Shown one piece after another: positions 25,252 to 37,882 of a DNA stretch of 64,000 nucleotides (position 1 is the first letter of the stretch; each line of letters begins with the position of its first letter). Origin of the DNA: Ramazzottius varieornatus (taxonomy: Eukaryota > Animalia > Tardigrada). The stretch spans positions 8,341,067 through 8,405,066 of the forward strand of contig BDGG01000001.1 in assembly GCA_001949185.1 (NCBI GenBank). Direction: 5' to 3'. A model generated the notes under the pieces. The model saw only the letters and a program-made list of their open reading frames with translations, ran no database searches and had not been told where the DNA came from. The position numbers and the translations under genes are program-made.

Positions 25252-26980
25252 ACAAGAACTGGCTCGCCTGCGGCTCGGTGTTCAAGTTCGAGGAGATGCT
25301 AGCACCATGAACGGGTTACGAGTGTGGTGATCAAATTATGACCTGCGAATTTGACGGAAGCAGGACAGAAGTTTCTCCTACGAACTGCGGGATAAGAAAT
25401 AAGCGAGATAGTGAATAGCCAAAAATACTAAGAGCTTGGACAAGGTGGTCTATGAATTACTATGAAGTTTCAAGAATGGGTACCATGCCTGCCAGCCAAA
25501 ATTTCACTACGAACGTTCAAATTTCACGCTGAATGGTGAGCCAGCATTGAATGCGGCGTAAACTAAGCTGCGTTGGGTGAGCTTCGTCACGCTGGCAAAA
25601 TCGCGACGAAGGCCACCTTCGTTGGTCACGTCGAAATTTCACGACGACGCCGGCCCGCGAACAGTCACGCCTATAGATCGCCGCTGTTCGTACTTAGTTT
25701 AACGCAACGTACCAATCGAACGTCACGTCGACGGCGAACAGGCTTTAGTGTTTTCGATGCGTCAGGACGGGCAAGGACGAATAACAGCAAGGATTCTAAC
25801 TCGCTGACCGAGTTAGAACGAGTACATGCAGGACTACGAGCGAGAAGCGAGTACCGCGGGACAGTTAGTCGATTTCCCCCCCCCCCTGTTCACTGCGCCA
25901 ACCATATGTACAGACAGTCAACCAATATGTGGAACAGCGGCAAACTGCAGCGGCAAGAATACCGGGTAAAGCACTTAAGAGCCAACATGATAAGTTTTTG
26001 GTTTTATTTTCCTCTTTGCACTTGATGTGGATTCATGATCGCTTCAGAAGAGGTCTCTCGGAAGTCTAAACCGGTACAGTCCCCACGCTCGAAAACTGTG
26101 GTTAGACACAAAAATCAACGTGCAGTAGAGGTTCAATAGGTGACCGAGCAGTTTCCATTACGCATTTCGAGCGGAAAGACTGCAGCTCTATATGACCTTT
26201 TGACTGACCTTGAACGGTTTCTTGCATTTCGTTTCCAGAGCTGTGGTCGAGTTCCAACTAGCTTTACTGAAAGTACTGACACATAAACAGCTATACGATC
26301 GAGCTCTTTTAAGTTTCCTTCGGTACAACGTAAACCGGCGTCATTTGAGAGCTGCACGTCTGGTTCTGCAATTTTCATTGAAAAATTTCTTCTGTGAAGC
26401 TCCACGTGCTTGTCACAAGGTTTTTTCGGGTTATAATAGTGTAGGGTATACTAGTGTCACAATACTTCTGCTAGAGCAGAGATCATCAATGTTGGAATCG
26501 CTGTCTGAAATACTACAGTTTCTTTATTCGGTACATCCTTGGATTTAACACGCCATAATCGGTTCCCAACAGGCGATCGCACGTTATAACGCTGCGAAGT
26601 GTCTTTACGTTTTCGTTTTAGTTCTGGCATAATTAGATTCAACTTCGCAACACTGACACGGTCATCACGACTCGCTGACATGTAGGCAGATGGAACTGGA
26701 ACCTGTGGGTTCTGCATGACCTTTGCCGACATTGGTAACTTTGTTATGCATTAAGTTTCCAGAGTTATGAGTAAATTCCAAATAGGCTAATCAAAAACAG
26801 TAAAAGGTAGACAGATATAGAAGTGACCGGGTTGAGTTTTTCCTCACGAAAACATAAACTGGCACCTTCAAAGTGCTGTGCAAACGGTGGTGCAGTTTTC
26901 CATGCAGAAAAGCTTACGTAACGGTCCACGTATTCACCACAAGCTTTTTTGGGTTATGCTAGTGTAGGGGTAGGATAATA

Positions 26981-27614
26981 CAGTCCGCCCAAGCCAACTT
27001 GCTACGGTGCACTCATCAAATCGAGGCTGTCTCGATTGGATCCGAGTTCCACTTCGAAACCAATTTCTCCTGGTTTAACATCCTCTTTGCCACCTGCTAG
27101 CCAGAAATCTGCGTATACAAAGTCCGGATCTACAGTAAACTCGGGGAGGTGCAAAGTGGAAAATGAAGCAACTCCTGTCGTTTTTGGGCCCCTGTTCGAA
27201 AATTTGTTTTTCAGCTTTCCGTTGATATCTCGCGGTAAAGTTGGTGAAAATAATTAGAAAAAATATGGAACTTCTGGAAAAGAGGTGGATGGTGCATTGC
27301 GTCCTCGGAAACTCCGAGGACAAATTCGACGTTTTTAATTCGTTTGGCGAGTTTAATCAGAACTTTCCTCCTCTTTCTCGTCTTTTTTCGACCACGGGCA
27401 CAGTTGTAAGTCTGTTTGGGTTAGTTTGGGGATGAAAACTAACCGAAAATTTTTGCACATCGGAAGCCACATTGCTCAACCTGACGGTATCATAGTTCAG
27501 GGAAAACTGCTCTTAAATTTGCACGGCACGTGTGGAAGCATGAATGATAAGGTCGTACTTTGAATTTTGCAGCGGTGAAACGCCAGGTGGTAGCAAGTTG
27601 GCTTGGACGGGGTT
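26981..27614. mobile_element. MITE, Tc1/mariner-type
   Basis: TIR cagtccgcccaagccaacttgctac / gtagcaagttggcttggacggggtt, TA flanks. Confidence 0.65.
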
Positions 27615-28821
27615 TATGACGCATCATGATTCAGCTTTTGGATAAAACCATAGATACCCGAACGATCGGTTTTCGTCGAGCTGCAAAATCCGTTTGACGA
27701 GAGTGGCTGTTTATGAAAGCTCCGCACTGTCGGGAAAGTGGCAGAGTTTTCACCCAAACACTCAGTCGAGACCCTTGTGACAACTTCTAATAAGGAGCTT
27801 CAGCGCCAATACGGTACGTGATATTACAGGTAGCTCGAGCGGAAAATCCGGTACAATCGGTAGCCGGCTATTTTTGTATTTAACTCCCATGTCGTTTAGG
27901 GTAGGGAGTATAGAGATTAAGCTACCACTCCCGTTCGCTTTCCCACTGCAGCTAAGGCTGCGCCCATTCCGTAACGTGTAACTACATTTTGCTTTCCGGA
28001 GCTCCCCTTGTTTTCGAAAAATAGTGGAATCGGACTTACGCTTAGCTAACATTGTGAGCACGGTGGCTGCCCAACTATTCAAAGTTGTGATCAGGTGCTC
28101 CGCTTATGAGCGACATTGCAGCCCATTTTAGCTATAGTCGGACTTTCACCCGGCGGTGGCAACTTAATCTCTGTAGTTTAATCGAGATCGAACGATTCGA
28201 ATCGGGGAAGGAATACAATAAGGGCTTACAAAGACTAAGCTGGCTTGGTGGTGTAGTTACACCAGCTACTTTGGTGGATACGCCCAGAAATTTTTTTTGA
28301 CCAGTTAGGAAAGCAATGTAACGGCTGGCTTTGAAAGCCCCGCACTGCAGGTAAGTACGATTGGAGGATTATGAGATCTCTGATGTCGGAGGAACCACCA
28401 TACACTCACCAGTAGGACGAGTAGCGAGAAACTTCGTCGTGGAGGCGACAGTTGAAAGTTTGGAGGGGAGCACAGCGCACTCGGGATGTTGGTTAAGTCT
28501 GGTGTAATTGCGAGTCGTTTCGGAGCGACTCGTACTTACACCGAAAGTGTAATGTCTGGGGGAATGAATAGGCCAATCGCAAGGGTGTAGTTAGAGCCAA
28601 TTACACCAGTGTTGTAATTCCACCAGCGGTGTAATCTATAATTGAAAGCCCTTAATGAACCAGTTTTGTATTCCGGTCTTGATCACTCTCGCAGTACAAA
28701 GAAGATCGCAATAGAAATACAATGATTGTATTCCGCTCATAAGAATTTTCGCGACTTGTGTCAGACTGTTTACATTTCTGGTTTTCAATTACCTTCTGGT
28801 TCCCTGTCTGTATCGCCCAGG

Positions 28822-28991
28822 GGTCAATCCTCTAATCCCTTCAAGCCCGCATACAGGCGCGGTGCCCCGGCATGAACATCTTGTGGCAGCAAATCAAGGT
28901 GTCAAGCCTACTGCTGATTTCTCCATAAGACCTCCATGCCGGGGCACCACACCCGTATACGGGCTCAGAGGGAAGTGGGGGCAGATTGACC
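28822..28991. repeat. 170-bp imperfect hairpin
   Basis: ggtcaatc..agcccgcatacaggcgcggtgccccggcatg versus catgccggggcaccacacccgtatacgggct..gattgacc. Confidence 0.7.
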
Positions 28992-30755
28992 ACTAGTATC
29001 GCCACTTGCCTCGTGCCCGTATTCGGTTCTCGATTTAGTTTGCTTGCTTAATTTGTACTTCGCAGAAGCGCTAGGTTTGTATTGACAAAGGCGTGTTTTG
29101 TTGTCTTGGGAAAGCCGAGTGAAAAGGTACTTCAGACAAGATTAAAATTGCCACAAAACGAATTAAACTATGCTACCTGAGCTCAAGAACATCTCACAAA
29201 AGACTTAAGGAACTTGGACCCAAAGCAAGAAAACCTGCGAACATCTCTTGATGAGCTGCATTGGGAATTTAAGCAAAAGCAAAAGGATAATACTAATTAG
29301 CTGACAAGTTAACAGATAAGGAAAAAAACGAAAAGCGAAGACATATTCTTCGGTATGATTTAATTCAACAAGAGGTAAAAGGACTCACAAGGTAGAAACG
29401 AACCGGAAGATGCAACCGGTTACTTCTGTGATGGTTCTTACTCTGCGTCTTTTGATTCGTCGTTGTTGGAGTCCATGAAGTTCGTCGCTTCATCGTTGCG
29501 CTTCTGTTCAAGGAGCTCATGTGCGGCATCTTTTTCTTCCTCCAACCTGATCCGCTCTGTTTTTTCCTCCTCCTTCTTCTTTGCACGTTCGTGACGAAGC
29601 AGCTCTCCAGCTCTAACCCGACTTCCGCGCTTGCCGACCTCTCGCTTTGTCATTCTGTTCCGGGGTCCACGAAGCATCGCATGGTCATCCGCCTCCGAGA
29701 ATTTTGCGTACCATGGTAAGACAAGGGGATTGACGTCGAAATATAAACCCGCATCTCGGGATACTACCGTACAGTGGCAGAACAAAGGACTTCTGATACA
29801 ATGTAAGTCGCTGAAATAATGCAATCGCGATGTTGTCAACAAATTTGTCTCTACTGAGTCAATAAGGGAATAAATATACAGCCAACCGTACGAAGTTGGA
29901 AATACAAAAGGTATGACGCCAGAAAAATCACGTGACTTGCGGAATACAAAGGAGATATAGAATCGGTCATATCCAGGTGGAAAACAGATCCAGGAAACCC
30001 ATTGTATTCCGTTCTTGATCCATCGTACTCATTTCCCGATTCCAGAGGGTCAGCTTTCCTGTGGAAGAGCTTGCTTAACAGAAGCGGATCGCTGTCGGCT
30101 TCGGCTTTTAATACCACAAATCACAAAGCCGGTCCAAAAGCCCAGCTTGATGCGTTCAGATGCGCAGAACATAAGGGCAATCACGGTCTCGCTGGTCTGA
30201 CCAGATCGCATTTCATGCGCCTTTAAACTACCGAGGCTGAATATTGCGGACAAACGGCGAGGCGTCGGGGCAGAGAATCCCTTGTCGCTACAGCACGAAT
30301 TTGCCAAGGCCGACTCCTCATCAGGTACTGGCTGCGGCAATCAGCTTCATTAATTTGACGTATCTGAAATTAGTACAGTACTAGGTCCCGCAACAGCGGT
30401 CTCCTCACCAACTCAGTTATGATTCATGAGGCGGAAACTGCGGCAAAAAGGCGCAGTCAACAGCGGGAGTGTACCGAGCCGGCAGGCTCTATTCTTCTGT
30501 TAATTAACCCTACCCTGTTCCCGGCCAGATTCATGGGGGATCACTCTGATGGGACTTCCGCGTTTCGTATGACAAACGACGCTGACCTTTCCTCTATCCT
30601 TTCATGCGAACCCCGGAAGTGAGGCCCATCTGATGAACGCCTGGACATCTCTCATCCTCCCTCCGACTCGGTGCCAATAAGTCGCTCGACGCATTACTTT
30701 TACCGGATCCCTGTGCACTAGTTTGCCATGATCATTCCGAATAGTGAATATAGAG

Positions 30756-32109
30756 ATGGCTGAAAATACCACGTTCGGCAATAACTCCAGTCCGCTAGTT
30801 ATCGCCCTTTATAGCCCACCAAGCCTCCAAGAAATCATACCGATCCTCATCGTCTTGTCCACCGCTATCTTTTTCGCCCTTGGCGGAAATGGATTCACCA
30901 TCTACGCCTATGTTCGCTTTCAGGAACTTCGTACTCCTTTCAACACCTTGATTCTAAACTTGGCCCTTGCGGACTTCATCGTAGGCTTGATCGTAATGCC
31001 ATGTTTTGCTATCTACAATTATCACGGTTATTGGCCATTCGGCGAACCCTTGTGCTCCATTTGGGTGTTCGCGGACTGGTTCGTCACTTTCGAGTCAGTT
31101 ATCACTTTGTGCATCATAGGAATTGAGAGGTACGTTTTCTGTGATGCTTTGACATGAAGTCGATTATTTAGCAACTTAATCTTAACACCACGGGAAGAGT
31201 CGTGAAATAAACTCGGACAAACAATCCCGTCCAGATCGTTTCGTCAACTGGTGCACGATGTCAGCCAAATGCACCGTAAATGTGCGCCACTTGGGAAAAT
31301 GATCTTGTCTGGTGTTCCTGGCCGAGTCCGCTATTTTAGCGTTTTCCAGGTTATGGTGCGTCAGATGGCCAATAAGTTATAAGAACCACAGCCAGCTGAA
31401 AACAGTCACGTGGACCATCCTGGTCTCGTGGCTCTTCACAGCGGTCATATGGATGCCGGGATATTTTTACGACCGACTAAACCACAACAACACCGTCGAA
31501 CTATGCGCCTGGGATCCCGCACAAAATTACGCCGCAGGGATCGTCATCGGCTTTCTGGGCTACTTGATTCCTTACGTCACAATGGTGGTGGCCTACTGTT
31601 ATGTCGGCTGGAAGATGCGGAGAAGGCTACGCAATGTTCTACCGAAAGTCTTTGGTGGGAAGGAAACCATAACGTTCGCTGATACAAAAAATGACAACAT
31701 ATCGAAACCACCGATCGAGAGTACTACAGTTAACGGAAGACCTTCCAGGAACCAAAGTACTGAAGGAGGTGAGAAAGCTGGCAGTACTATGTCCTCGCGA
31801 GACGCAGCTTTGGGAAACGTGTCACGACGGCAAGTCATGATCAAGCGAGACAACTCGGCTCTCCTCGCACTTGGCGCTGTGGTCATCGCCTTCTCGCTTT
31901 GTTGGATACCTTTCTACATTTTCTTCTTCGTTACACTGTTTCAAGGTGCCGAGCTGCCCGGCTGGTTTCTGACGCTGGCTTACTGGACAGCATACCTGAA
32001 CTCAGCGGTCAATCCTGTTTGCTACACCGCGCTTCATAGAGACTACCGCCAAACGTTCCTGCGTACTTTCCGTTTCTGCAAGCCACGCCTAAAGACTCAG
32101 CCTTCGTGA
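30756..32109 (+). CDS. Class A GPCR, aminergic (muscarinic/histamine-like), 377 aa; exons 30756-31129 and 31350-32109
   Basis: GN (TM1), NLALADF (TM2), WPFGEPLC, TM3 Asp (FADW), IERL, CWIPF (TM6), NSAVNPVCY (TM7). Confidence 0.93.
31208..31328. repeat. GTGGCGCAC-N25 palindromic element in GPCR intron
   Basis: caactggtgcac-25 nt-gtgcgccacttgggaaaatgatcttgtc. Confidence 0.85.
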
Positions 32110-32628
32110 TTGACGTCTTCTCTTGAACGGAAAGTAGCTAGTTTCCTGAAGAGGCACATATAGACATTTTGCTGGACCTCAAGATCACATGACATTACGT
32201 GCTACTTCGAAGTGGCTTCGATTATCCAGTGAATAAAAATCACGCCTGTGCCCCTTATTTAATAATTGGGACACTTTTGCAGGTTACCTGTGCGTCAGAT
32301 GTTGTGGAGCTGCCCGTTTTATCGTGCGATAAGACTGTCGGTGTAAAGACAAAAAAGCTGGAAAAAAGTTCTCTGTTATTCGGAATCCCATCGAGAGATA
32401 TTTAAACCAAACATATGCTGTACGAGTGGTACACGGATCTTTGTCCACAGTTTTCCCGAATACGAGAGCAAAGCCGAAATTTGACAGTTACCGCTTCAAA
32501 TAAACAGTCTTTGAAGAAATGAAGTAGAAAACAGCAGTGCGTCAACGCGGAAAACTGCGTGCAATAGAAATTACATCTGAGCCGAAACAAGCGAGGACAA
32601 ATGGGTCGAAGGAAGAGCGAAAAAAGGT

Positions 32629-35410
32629 TTAGTTACGCGTGTTTTGTTTGGCCAGGACAGAGGTAGATTCACTAAAACGAACGTCGCTTTCTGCCTTCTT
32701 TTTCTTCTTCACGCGCAGAGATGGAAAATGGGGAGGAAGGAGTGACGGCGGCGGCTCAGGGTTGATGGCAAGGTCCACCGCTAGCCGTGTATCGGCTAGG
32801 AGGTTCTGGTGGATGGTAAGTTGGTCCCAGTTGTAACCGGACATACCCACAACTTCTTCTTCTCGTAGGCCATCCAGACCTTCCATCATACCGTTAGCCC
32901 GAGTTATGCGATCGACCGCAAAGGTTCGCGGTCCGTCGATATCTTCGGTGGGCACACCTGCAACGACAAGTCACAAGATCAGCCATAGTCAACCATGACA
33001 GAGGGTAAGCCCATTCGTAACACCCCTACGAAAGCCAGCGTCGCCCACCCCTTTTTTGTTGGAAAACGACAAAACGATGCATATTAGAAGTCGATATGTA
33101 ACTTAGTTGCCTTGGTTCATTTGCCCACCTTTATAGATACTTCAGGGAGACTTACCCCAAGCACAGGTTAGCTTCGTCCCCCATGAAGTGGACCGACTTG
33201 TCCAGCAGCAGTGGTCGAGCGGACTTTGCCGGCGAGTAAGATACCAGGAACGTGCTCTCAAGGTAAACCCACAACATCTCGACAGTCTTGACTTTTGACA
33301 ACGGTCCGTCCTCTTTATCGTTGAAGTCCAGGACATTGGTACCGAGGAAAATTGAATCTAGCGAGGCTCGGACACCCGATCCACCCAGCGGTGTCTTGCC
33401 GTAGGTGAAGACGAAGACCGAGAACATGAAGAGGACGAACCAACCGATATCCGTCAGCCAGGTTTGCATGCGTTCGGTGAGGAATGTCATCTTCCGAACG
33501 GCTGCGAAACATTTGTAGGCGTCCTTCCTTTCCGATTACTATTTCTGTCTTCTGTATCGTATTATGAACAAAAAGTTCGAGCTCCGCAAACAGAATAAAT
33601 CACAATGTTAATCCAGGTGGCGTATACTACCATTGTAAAAAGTTGAAGGTCTGCGCCAGTTAAAAATTCGATCTTGTCAAAAAATTTTTCTGTCAAGTGG
33701 CTCACACTTCAACTAATGAGACTGACGTAATGAGCCACTTGGGAAAATAACTCGACAAAGTTGTTTTCCTCAGTGGCGCACGATCTCGGTATTGTGGGCT
33801 GGATGCGTTCGCCACTTGCGCGGACGACCTATTTGAGTTTGTTTGCCGAGCTCCCAAATATCGACCAGAAATCGACAACAAAAGAACATTGACTTTATCA
33901 TTCTCATCTGGACCGTACCTTTGTGTGCGCAAGATGGCAGCCAGCAAGAACGAAAGCACCAAGACTTTCAGTGGTTGATTGAAGAGTACATCTATGGCTA
34001 GCGCAGAGAAAAAGGACGCAAGCCATTCCTGACTCTTCGAACGTCCAGAGTGGAGGCCGAACCAGACGACGAAGATAGTGGAAACGATGGCGGTACCGAG
34101 ACCGACGAGCCAAGCCACGGGTTTCGTCCAAAAAGGTAAGTTGTGTTCGGCGTGCTTGATCAGGGGTGAATTGTCGATCCGTTCAATGTGCAATGGACGG
34201 ACAAAGAGCTTACGGATGGGGCGGTTGAACTTGAAGAGATTCAGCTTGGCGGGTTTCAGATAGCTGATGCTGACTTGTTGCTTTGGTGGTTTCTCTGGCT
34301 TTGGAATATCGCTGCATAAGGCGAAAAAACCCATTTGCTTTTGAAATCGATGAATCTAGTTCAAATGAAGTTGCCACGTTGGCTACTAAGTCGGCCACTG
34401 CTAAAAGAAGAGAAGTAATAGACCTCAAAACTCGTAGAAAAATAAGGAAGAATAATCCGCTAATGTCTATCGATCATTGTCCATGAGCGATTTGAGTGAC
34501 CTGAGACCGTAAAACGAAGACGGAAGTAGTCTGAAACGTTTTCTGGTTTGATCATTCTCGCAGTGTTTGAGGACCGTACCCTTCAGCGACATCTTCAAGT
34601 CCTCTGGCATGTCTGGCCTTGGCGTTCGTTCTGGAACAAGTGAATAACGCCCAAATTGACCGGTAGCACCACCAACGCACTCTGGATGCCCAGCATGATC
34701 TGATGCCAGTTGAACTCGAAACCTTTGAAGGATCGTTGCTGGTTCGGGTCATTGGTCGGTACCCCATAGAACATGATATTGGCCAACATGGTAGTCAATA
34801 AAAGCGACAAGACACAGGTGGCGCGTTGAGCCCGGGTAAAGGGAGTGCGAGGTGGCCGGAAGAAGATGCTGATTCACAGGTGGCCGTCCCGGATACCGCT
34901 GGTTGTGAACGTGGTGAAGCGGTGGTAGGTACTGGTCAGGTCGTCGTGGGTCGAGACTGGCATCTCAGCCGACAGTTGGTAGTCTTCCTTGTCGGAGGCC
35001 AGCCAACGGTTGGGCAGGAAGAAGAAGACCTCGTTGGTTTGTACGCGCCTGACCGAAACTTCATCCACAAACCTAAAGTAAGACAAGACTACTAGCGACT
35101 TAATGTAGTAAATTGTCTGGGTTTAATGGCTTCGAAGTCCAATCCTGGCATTTCAGCGTTCTAATGGCAAACTTAGGCTGGCTGGAATTATTCATAATTT
35201 TCCTGATGAAGAGGACGGTCGACAGGGTTTTTCCTTTACCAGCTAGGTCTTGAGTCTTCACCGTTGTGCCATATCGAAATTTTTTGCAGTTCGCCAAGGT
35301 AGTTCGAAGAACTTCATATCCAAGACGTCGTTAAGGATGTGTGGTTCGGTCTGGTCGTGAGTACCTTTTAGGATGATGCCAACCTTGGCCGACGTGCCCG
35401 CTTTGGGTCG
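32629..35410 (-). pseudogene. Polycystin-1-like (PKD1L) fragment: PLAT domain and TM2-TM6 region
   Basis: AGTSAKVGIILKG, LGELQKISIWHN..PSW, FFFLPNRWLA, DGHL*ISIFFRPPRTPFTRAQRATC, EWLASFFS..FNQPLKV; TGA at 34874, frameshifting deletion near 35303; channel C-terminus not found. Confidence 0.85.
33590..33850. repeat. Triple tandem array of the palindromic element (intronic)
   Basis: Units near 33612, 33692, 33770; spacers 25, 24, 25 nt. Confidence 0.85.
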
Positions 35411-35591
35411 CGGAAGAATTAACCAGGGGTGGCCAAGGGAATTCAAATGGTGGAGTGGTGGAGTGGCGCTACATGCACAAAAATCCGCGATTCGTAGTGA
35501 CTATGAATGCAAAACCAAGTTGCAATTGTATGAACTTTTCCAGCTGCTGGATCCATTTTGTATGACAAACAAAATGAAGCCTTATCACCAG

Positions 35592-36218
35592 CTGCGCTGG
35601 CAAGAATACGATGAAATTCGATACGATATTTTTCGATACAATATCGGCGGATATTTTATTGCGGTCTTCGATATTCATTCGATATCCATATTTCGATACG
35701 ATATTTTTCCGACACCGTAGTTTTCGACATATCGCATCATATCGCAGCGATATATCGATATTTCTGGAATTTTAGTTTTCCGGAATTCCACTGGTTCAAG
35801 CCAAAAACTCAAGAAGCCGATTTCCGCATTAGTAAGATCGAAAAGCGTCGGATGCAGCAAAGATATGACTATATACCAAGAGTTGAAACACATGGAAACC
35901 TGGACAGAAATATCATAGTACCAGAACCGAATGGGCGGAGTGTGCTCGGTAGACCATGGCCAAGATCAAGTCTTTGAAATCAACCATGGTCTTTCGTAAA
36001 CGTGACATCACTGGCGAGTTTGCCATCAGCAAAATACCGATGTATCGAAAATATATCGACATGGCGCGATACAATATCGCCGAATATTTTATTAAGACTC
36101 AGTTATTCGATATGAGCTTCATATCGATATTTTCGATACGATATCTGCTGCATATTTTATCGCGAAGATTCGATATTTTTCGATACGACATCGGTATACC
36201 GTATCGTTGCCAGCACTA
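35592..36218. mobile_element. hAT-type MITE with CGATA subterminal repeats
   Basis: Ends ctgcgctggcaagaatacg / cgtatcgttgccagcacta, dense cgata/tatcg clusters at both ends; TSD unclear. Confidence 0.7.
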
Positions 36219-37882
36219 CCAGCGGGGAATGGTTCAAATCATCGTCCGACCTCAGGGGATGCGAGCCGTTCGCGAAGGGATATGCCTTGACTTTTAATGT
36301 TATGAACTCCACCCCCAGCTGTTCCACAGCGAGCGACGCTCCCCTTGCGAACATGCACCGTTCGTTCTTTGATTAGCCACGGCAATGCATATCAAAGTGA
36401 CGAGCTTCGCCTCTTCGGGCTCTTTTTCTCATGTCTAATTGGCAAGTCGACCAAACAAAATTCTGCGATTGGTGGGCTTTATTTCAGGTCACTACTGGCA
36501 GTCAACAATCAACAGCACGGAAATCAATCGACAGAATACATAAAAGAATCTAAGACGAAGTCAACACAAATCGGTGAAGATCAGACTGAATTTCCGAGTA
36601 AGAATCAGGGTACACGACCGGAATTCCTGTCAAAACGAGAGTGGTAGAGGATAACCAGAATCTGAAAACAGTCAGAGAAACACACAAGTTTGCCCGTGCT
36701 GTTGCGTCAGGATAACGATACCTCCAATCGTTGTCTGCAACGAAAAACAGACCGTCAGGTATTCGGGAATGGAACGCATATCGTCCATACTCTGCTAGAA
36801 GTCGGTGTTCGGTATGAAAGACTTACCTGAGGTGAGTTGGGAACAGGAATTCTGGTCAGAAGTCAGGACGCAGTCAGCCTAGGCCGTCTTGTGTTTCGAG
36901 TGGAAAAGTCGGAGGGTGTGCGGACGATATCCCTTATACGATATTTCTCCTGTTTTCCTTGCGGCTGCAGCAATGGGGTGACACCACAAAGTGTAAGATC
37001 AGAGCTAGTACAGACCCGCCGGTAGGGTTGCTAATGGATGGATAAACGGTTAAATGGATGGATAAGCGGATGGACAAGAACTTATTCGGATACGATTTGG
37101 ATGGATTTGGATGGATAAACGGTTAAATGGATGGATAAGCGGATGGACAAGAACTCATCCGGATACGATTTGGATGGATTTGGATGGATAAAGGTTTATC
37201 CGTATCCAGCATCATGTATAAAATTTTTAACCGGATTATCCGGATATTATCCGGTTAAAACAATTAGATACAAACTATATGTTCAATCACTAGAGCCAAA
37301 CCGAAACTACCAAACTTTTTAGCGTATCTATTCATCGTCTGTCCTCATTGCTACCATAGCTTCAAAAGCCACCGTTCAGGAGTTCAGACATATCATGGCT
37401 TGAAGGGCCTCAGGTTCTAGGCGGTTGCGGAGGACTGTAACGTATCGACCACCACCAGAAAATGCACTCTCAGAAGGCACAGAAGAAGCCTGTGCAGCCA
37501 GAACATCCTTCGAAATGCGGTACAATGTCGGATAGCGGTTTTCCGACATGCTCCAAAATTCCAGGACATCTCTTTTGACTGATTCGTTTGGATCCAAGAA
37601 GAATTGGTCATCTTCGTTAACCTGGGAGTCTGCTGCCGAAGTGACTTGCGCTGTCATCCGTTCGCGGATAGACAGCTGCGTATTCGGAGGTGGAGCAGTA
37701 GACTTCTCGGCAATGTCGGAACTTCTTCTTTGGCTGCAATAAAAACAACTTACAAACAACACGAGCTATAGTTCGTAAGAACGGAAGAATGTAACGAGAA
37801 ACAATGTTCAGTAAGCTGACTTCCGGTAGGCTTGTAGCATTAGAGAGATTGCGCATCGTTACGATTCTTTCAGACTACTACG

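Noticed and set aside
25065-25310. Repetitive ORFs (WPHNF, GPII)
   Set aside because: Products of the tandem TIR repeat
29438-29842. Charged ORF MLRGPRN..KKKEEEK
   Set aside because: Low complexity, no domain or supported gene structure
33590-33850. CRISPR array reading of the repeat-spacer clusters
   Set aside because: Eukaryotic intronic context, repeats are inverted pairs, at most three units, spacers share a weak consensus, no cas genes
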